A stretch of 64,000 nt of DNA from Nemertoderma westbladi (Eukaryota > Animalia > Xenacoelomorpha): NCBI GenBank assembly GCA_032718475.1, contig JAUCBJ010000365.1, positions 1 through 64,000 of the forward strand, written 5' to 3'. The notes under the pieces are model-generated. The model ran no database searches. It had not been told where the DNA came from and saw only the letters and a list, made by a program, of their open reading frames with translations. Positions 59,546-64,000 of this stretch are shown one piece after another. The position numbers and the translations under genes were made by a program. How positions within the stretch are numbered: position 1 is the first letter of the stretch; every line of letters starts with the position of its first letter.

Positions 59546-60869
59546 TGTGCTGTCTGGCTGTAGTCTGACTCAGGGATAAAAACTGTATATGCCTAGTACC
59601 GGTATCTTTCTTGGTCTTATTGTCGGCAGGCCTACAGCTTTGAGCATTGATCATAACGCATACAGGAATCACCTTTGCAAACTTAAGTCCCCTATGTGTT
59701 AAGTCCCCTAAGCACCCTATGTGTTGTTGGATCTTGAAAGACGTAGACGTTCGTTTTCTACTGTAAGTCGGGTACAATAGGTAAATTCCCGCGGCAATAA
59801 TTTTAGATTGGTCGGGTCAGATAATAGATGGGATCTCATATTTACCGTAAAACATCTTACTGCAAGTCTGCCTACTGTGAATTACCGGTATCTGATTTGC
59901 TTGGCTTCATAGTGTATTAAGTAAATGCTTGATTGTTTTGTAGGCCTCATTTTACCCCCTATCTTATTCATATTTCCATTATTGGAACACATAAAGTAGT
60001 TTATTTCCTTGTGGAAGGAAATATCGCTTTATTCCCGATGAATTACCTTTCATACTTGGTTTTACGGAATTAAAGCGCAGAAGTTCGACTGGCCCATCAA
60101 AAATATTCAAAACATAGTCTTTGGATGAATCGTGGGGCACTTTCGTTTCTTCAATCATGTATCGAACTGTTATTTATCGACTTACCATTCACACAGACTT
60201 ATTGGTTCGAATTTCTAAGTGGATCAGAACCACTTTATGCGGTCTTAGCCCGTCAACAGATCGTTATATTCTATACTCGGCAATATAAGTAAGAGTCCAA
60301 GGTAGTGTATTTTCGACAATCACAGGGACGCATTCTACTAACCGTATCTATTGTTTTATTTGTACTATTAACATTTGTCTCTTTACCGGTTTCGACGTCC
60401 TAAACGATCGAAACATTTGCAAATTTCCCTGGTAAATTCCCACAGTCTTATTGTTCTGCCAATTTTTGTTTTTTACATGTACTACAATAAAGTAAACTCT
60501 AAGTTTACGCCACTTCCGTTGTAACGTAGGTATTTAGGTATAAGTAACGTTTTGTATTTATTTTTATGAGTTGTGCGGTTTTTATTTCCAAGATTATTAT
60601 TTCATAATAAATATCAAGGAACCTTTAACCGATATACATACATATCATCGAGCTATTTAAAATTTCAGCTCATATATTCACCCTCAGATCCAATATTTAC
60701 AACTTGGACCTCTGTCAGCGTAATATTTCAAAAACCAATATATTTCTTGGGAGGAACTATTTGCCGTCTCTGCAAGCAATATCGTATCACATGACTTGTC
60801 CTACCTCTGCGTAACCATTGACTACAGCCTAGGCTTATTCTCCCTACCCAGTCGGTTACTGCCATAGGT

Positions 60870-62092
60870 AGGCCGTATTAGAAGGATAATTGAAGAGTTA
60901 TCAAAAAAGAAAGACAGGCTTCTGGCTGTTATCTTTGTTGACTTCTTCAAGGCCTTTGATTCAGTCTCCCGCTCACGTATGTTCAGCATACTTTTATTAT
61001 ATAGGATTCCTGATGAAATTATTGCAGCAATCAGATCAGTATACGATGGTTCGACAACATTTCTGTCTACTGTTGACGGTGACACAGAACCATTTGAAGT
61101 GTTATGGGGCGTCCTCCAGGGAGACACACTTGCACCATTCTTGTTCATAATTGTTGTTGACTATGTTCTACGCATGTCCTTAGATCATCATAATGATGAT
61201 GGGGTGATGATAACTCCACCTACTGGCTCCAGAAGTCGAGGAAATCCTGCCAAGTACCTAACTGATCTAGACTTTGCTGATGACTTAGGAGTACTCTCAG
61301 AATCACTAGAGGGAGCCCAACGGCTCCTCAGTTCATTAGAACATGCTGCTTCTAGTGTTGGTCTTTTTATTAACTCCAGAAAGACCAAAATTTTGACAGT
61401 TAACTTTGAAAGTCCTCAGCAAGTCTCTGATCGGATGAGCATAAGCTCAAAAGATGGTATGCTTGAGCATGTGGATGACTTCTGTTACCTGGGATCATGG
61501 ATACAGAAGTCAGATGAGGACCTTCGAATACGTAAGGGAAAGGCATGGGCAGCCTTGAATAGGCTTTCCAGGATTTGGAAGTCACCGAGAATTAATCGGA
61601 AACTTAAGGTCCGGTTATTTAGAGCAGCAGTAGTTCCAGTACTCCTCTATGGGAGTCCATGCTGGGCTCTAACAGCTGAGGACACCAAATCTCTGGATGG
61701 CACATTCACAAGAGTGCTACGCCCGGGTTCATTGTGTCAAGTTCAATGCACACATCTCCAACCAGACACTATATAACATTGGAGGTGTCTCATTGGTTCC
61801 CCCAAGCTTGACACTAGAACAAAATCGCCTCCGCTTTGCAGGACATTGCTTTCGCCATGAGGACCTGCCAGTGCATAATCTTGTACTTTGGCAGCCTCAT
61901 GGAGTGAATAAGCATGGTGGACAGCCCATGACTTTCTTGAGACGCATCTTAAAGGACACTGGCCTTGAAGATGCGGATGATCTAGCAAATGTCATGGGTG
62001 ATAAGGAGTTGTGGCGGTGCAATTTTGTCGATAAGCCGGCACAGCATTCTTAAAAATGCAGCTGCAATGCAGCATGCCAATCCTAGTAGTAC
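60870..62092 (+). mobile_element. RTE-clade LINE 3' fragment (second subfamily)
   Basis: FVDFFKAFDS, GVLQGDTLAPFLF, LDFADD, FCYLGS, RLRFAGHCFR; one frameshift near 61730. Confidence 0.88.
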
Positions 62093-62553
62093 TCTCCATA
62101 GGAAACATTGCTCAGCTTGTTAGCCCTCCACCCATTATGTTGATTGGGCGTATTACATAGGAAGGATTTTTACTGCATACATTCTATAGTAGTAGTTAAC
62201 TGCCCTGCTTATACCACCTTCTCCTGTTGTTGGGCTATCTTACACAGAATCCAATAGGAGGTAATTCATTATCCTGTTGGTGCAGTGTTGCATGTAGTGA
62301 TTTAGATCAAACAGTACCCCCCAGCGGTGAATTAGAATATTTATCACAGAATATTCTAACAAATAAATTACCGGTCGTATCCTTATTGGTTATCGGTGAT
62401 TAACTTGTATACTAAATCAACTTGATTTAATTCCATGCTATTTATTGGGTGCAATTGTAATAATTATTTATAACAGATTATTATTGTTACAATAAACAGA
62501 CGACAATAAAAGGGTTAATAATATATATTTTCTTCAAAATCAAATCCAATAAA

Positions 62554-64000
62554 ATGTATTATCGTTCAAATGTCAACATGAGCGCCTCAGACAGTTCCCA
62601 TAGTGATCACACCTCCAACCTTGACGTGACTGCGATACCTCACCCCGATATTTTGGATTCCAACCATCCATCCCTAATCGATAACAGAGATATCGAGGGG
62701 TATACACAGACAGAATCCGAGATTCATACGGGACCAGAAAAGGAAAAGACCATCTGGAAACATCTCAAAACTTATATAAAGGAAGTGGGAGAAAAATAAC
62801 TAATACGAAGACTTCATGGCCATCCTCCATCAAGCCCCACAACTAAAAGGACCCTAAGGGATATCGATAATGAAATAGAAACTGAATATCAATGAAAATT
62901 ATCGATAGATCGTGACATAGAGAGAAATAAAAACAAATTGCAACAACTACAAGATCAGGCAGAGGACGAACGCTTGCTATGCGAACATGAACAACGTAAA
63001 CGCAAACTGGAAGCGAAGGAACATAAATGCAAACTGGAAGCGGAGGAATACAAACGCAAACTGGAAGCGGAGGAACATAAACGCAAACTGGAAGCGTAGG
63101 AACTCGAAATTCAGTTTCAGGCTCAGCAAAAGAGAATGCAGATTAAAATGCAGCAAGAGAATATACTGAAGGAGATTGAATCGCTGGAAAAACAAGTCAG
63201 ACTCCCAATTAAAGGAACACCACCAAGATAACTTGACCAAGGAATTTAGTTGTTATACCTCCGCCGACGAGTTAGATAAATCATCGGACAAATCTCGAAC
63301 TTCCAGAAGCGGAAGATGCTTAGAACGGGCTGAGCATCATCGTTTACCAGAACTGCCACCTCAACATCATGCTAATCCCGTTAAAAATACTAACGATCTT
63401 AGAACTGACTCTGATAGTGATTTTTTCAGACCGACTAACACCCCTCTTACGGCTTCCAACATTGTTCCCCGTATATTAATAAACCCCTCTAAGCCGAATG
63501 TAACATCTGTGGCTATGGTGACCCAAACCAAAGTTACACCCATTGGTATTTCGACAACTACTGTAGAAAGTAATCAGGCAGATAGTTTACAGCCTAAAAC
63601 TTCTACAGTATATAGGGATAGAATAGTTACGCCTACAGTACGACCCAAACAGGTGCGACCAGTCCCAATACTGCCAGACAGAATGTCCAGCACTGCCTAC
63701 GCCCACCCATTGAACACCCATACCCTGGGCTCAAGCCTGTCACGGTCACCTATTATTGACTCCTGTGACGGACATTATGCCACCTCCAGGCTGGTCGTGT
63801 CCATCGGCTCGGTTGAGTCAGTGAGGGATAGCGGGCCCACCAGGGCGATAGATAGAGTCGCCCGGGCGAATGAGGATTCCCTTTACAGGGAGAGATTGAA
63901 TGAATCCTCATTAAATCTACAGGCCATGCAGGAGGCAGTAAATAATAAAATGAAACAATTGAATAATATCGATTTTGAATTAAATCGATTAAATAAACAA
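62554..64000 (+). mobile_element. Probable decayed gag-like ORF of a retroelement, with a 27-bp coiled-coil repeat (62998-63105)
   Basis: Broken reading frame with KRKLEAEEH x4 and a Pro/Thr-rich region; no diagnostic catalytic motif within the window. Confidence 0.35.

Overview
AT-rich, intron- and repeat-rich animal (probably invertebrate) genomic DNA. The core is a cluster of three 8-exon paralogues that I assembled by hand from GT/AG boundaries and exon phases. Each encodes a secreted protein of about 585 aa: signal peptide, KR-cleavable pro-region, HELGH zinc-metallopeptidase domain of a bacterial-looking (ATLF/gluzincin-like) type, ShKT domain and FN3 domain. Copy A (10696-17072, minus) is frameshifted in exon 3. 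Copies B (21755-27255, minus) and C (30470-52664, plus) are intact and head-to-head. Two intronic minisatellite families (53 bp and 44 bp) are tandem copies of the genes' own exon-end plus 5' splice site, and the 44-bp family appears to have broken copy A. Intron 3 of copy C carries three ~350-bp tandem monomers with minimal hammerhead-ribozyme motifs (retrozyme/Penelope-like) on the sense strand. The window also holds an 8-kb 39/40-bp satellite, an 8.7-kb 22-bp intronic satellite, a near-intact L2/CR1-type LINE with a 2A-like DIETNPGP peptide, RTE LINE fragments, Gypsy relics, a tRNA-derived SINE, and several MITE and Helentron-like elements. All family assignments come from motif recognition, not database searches.
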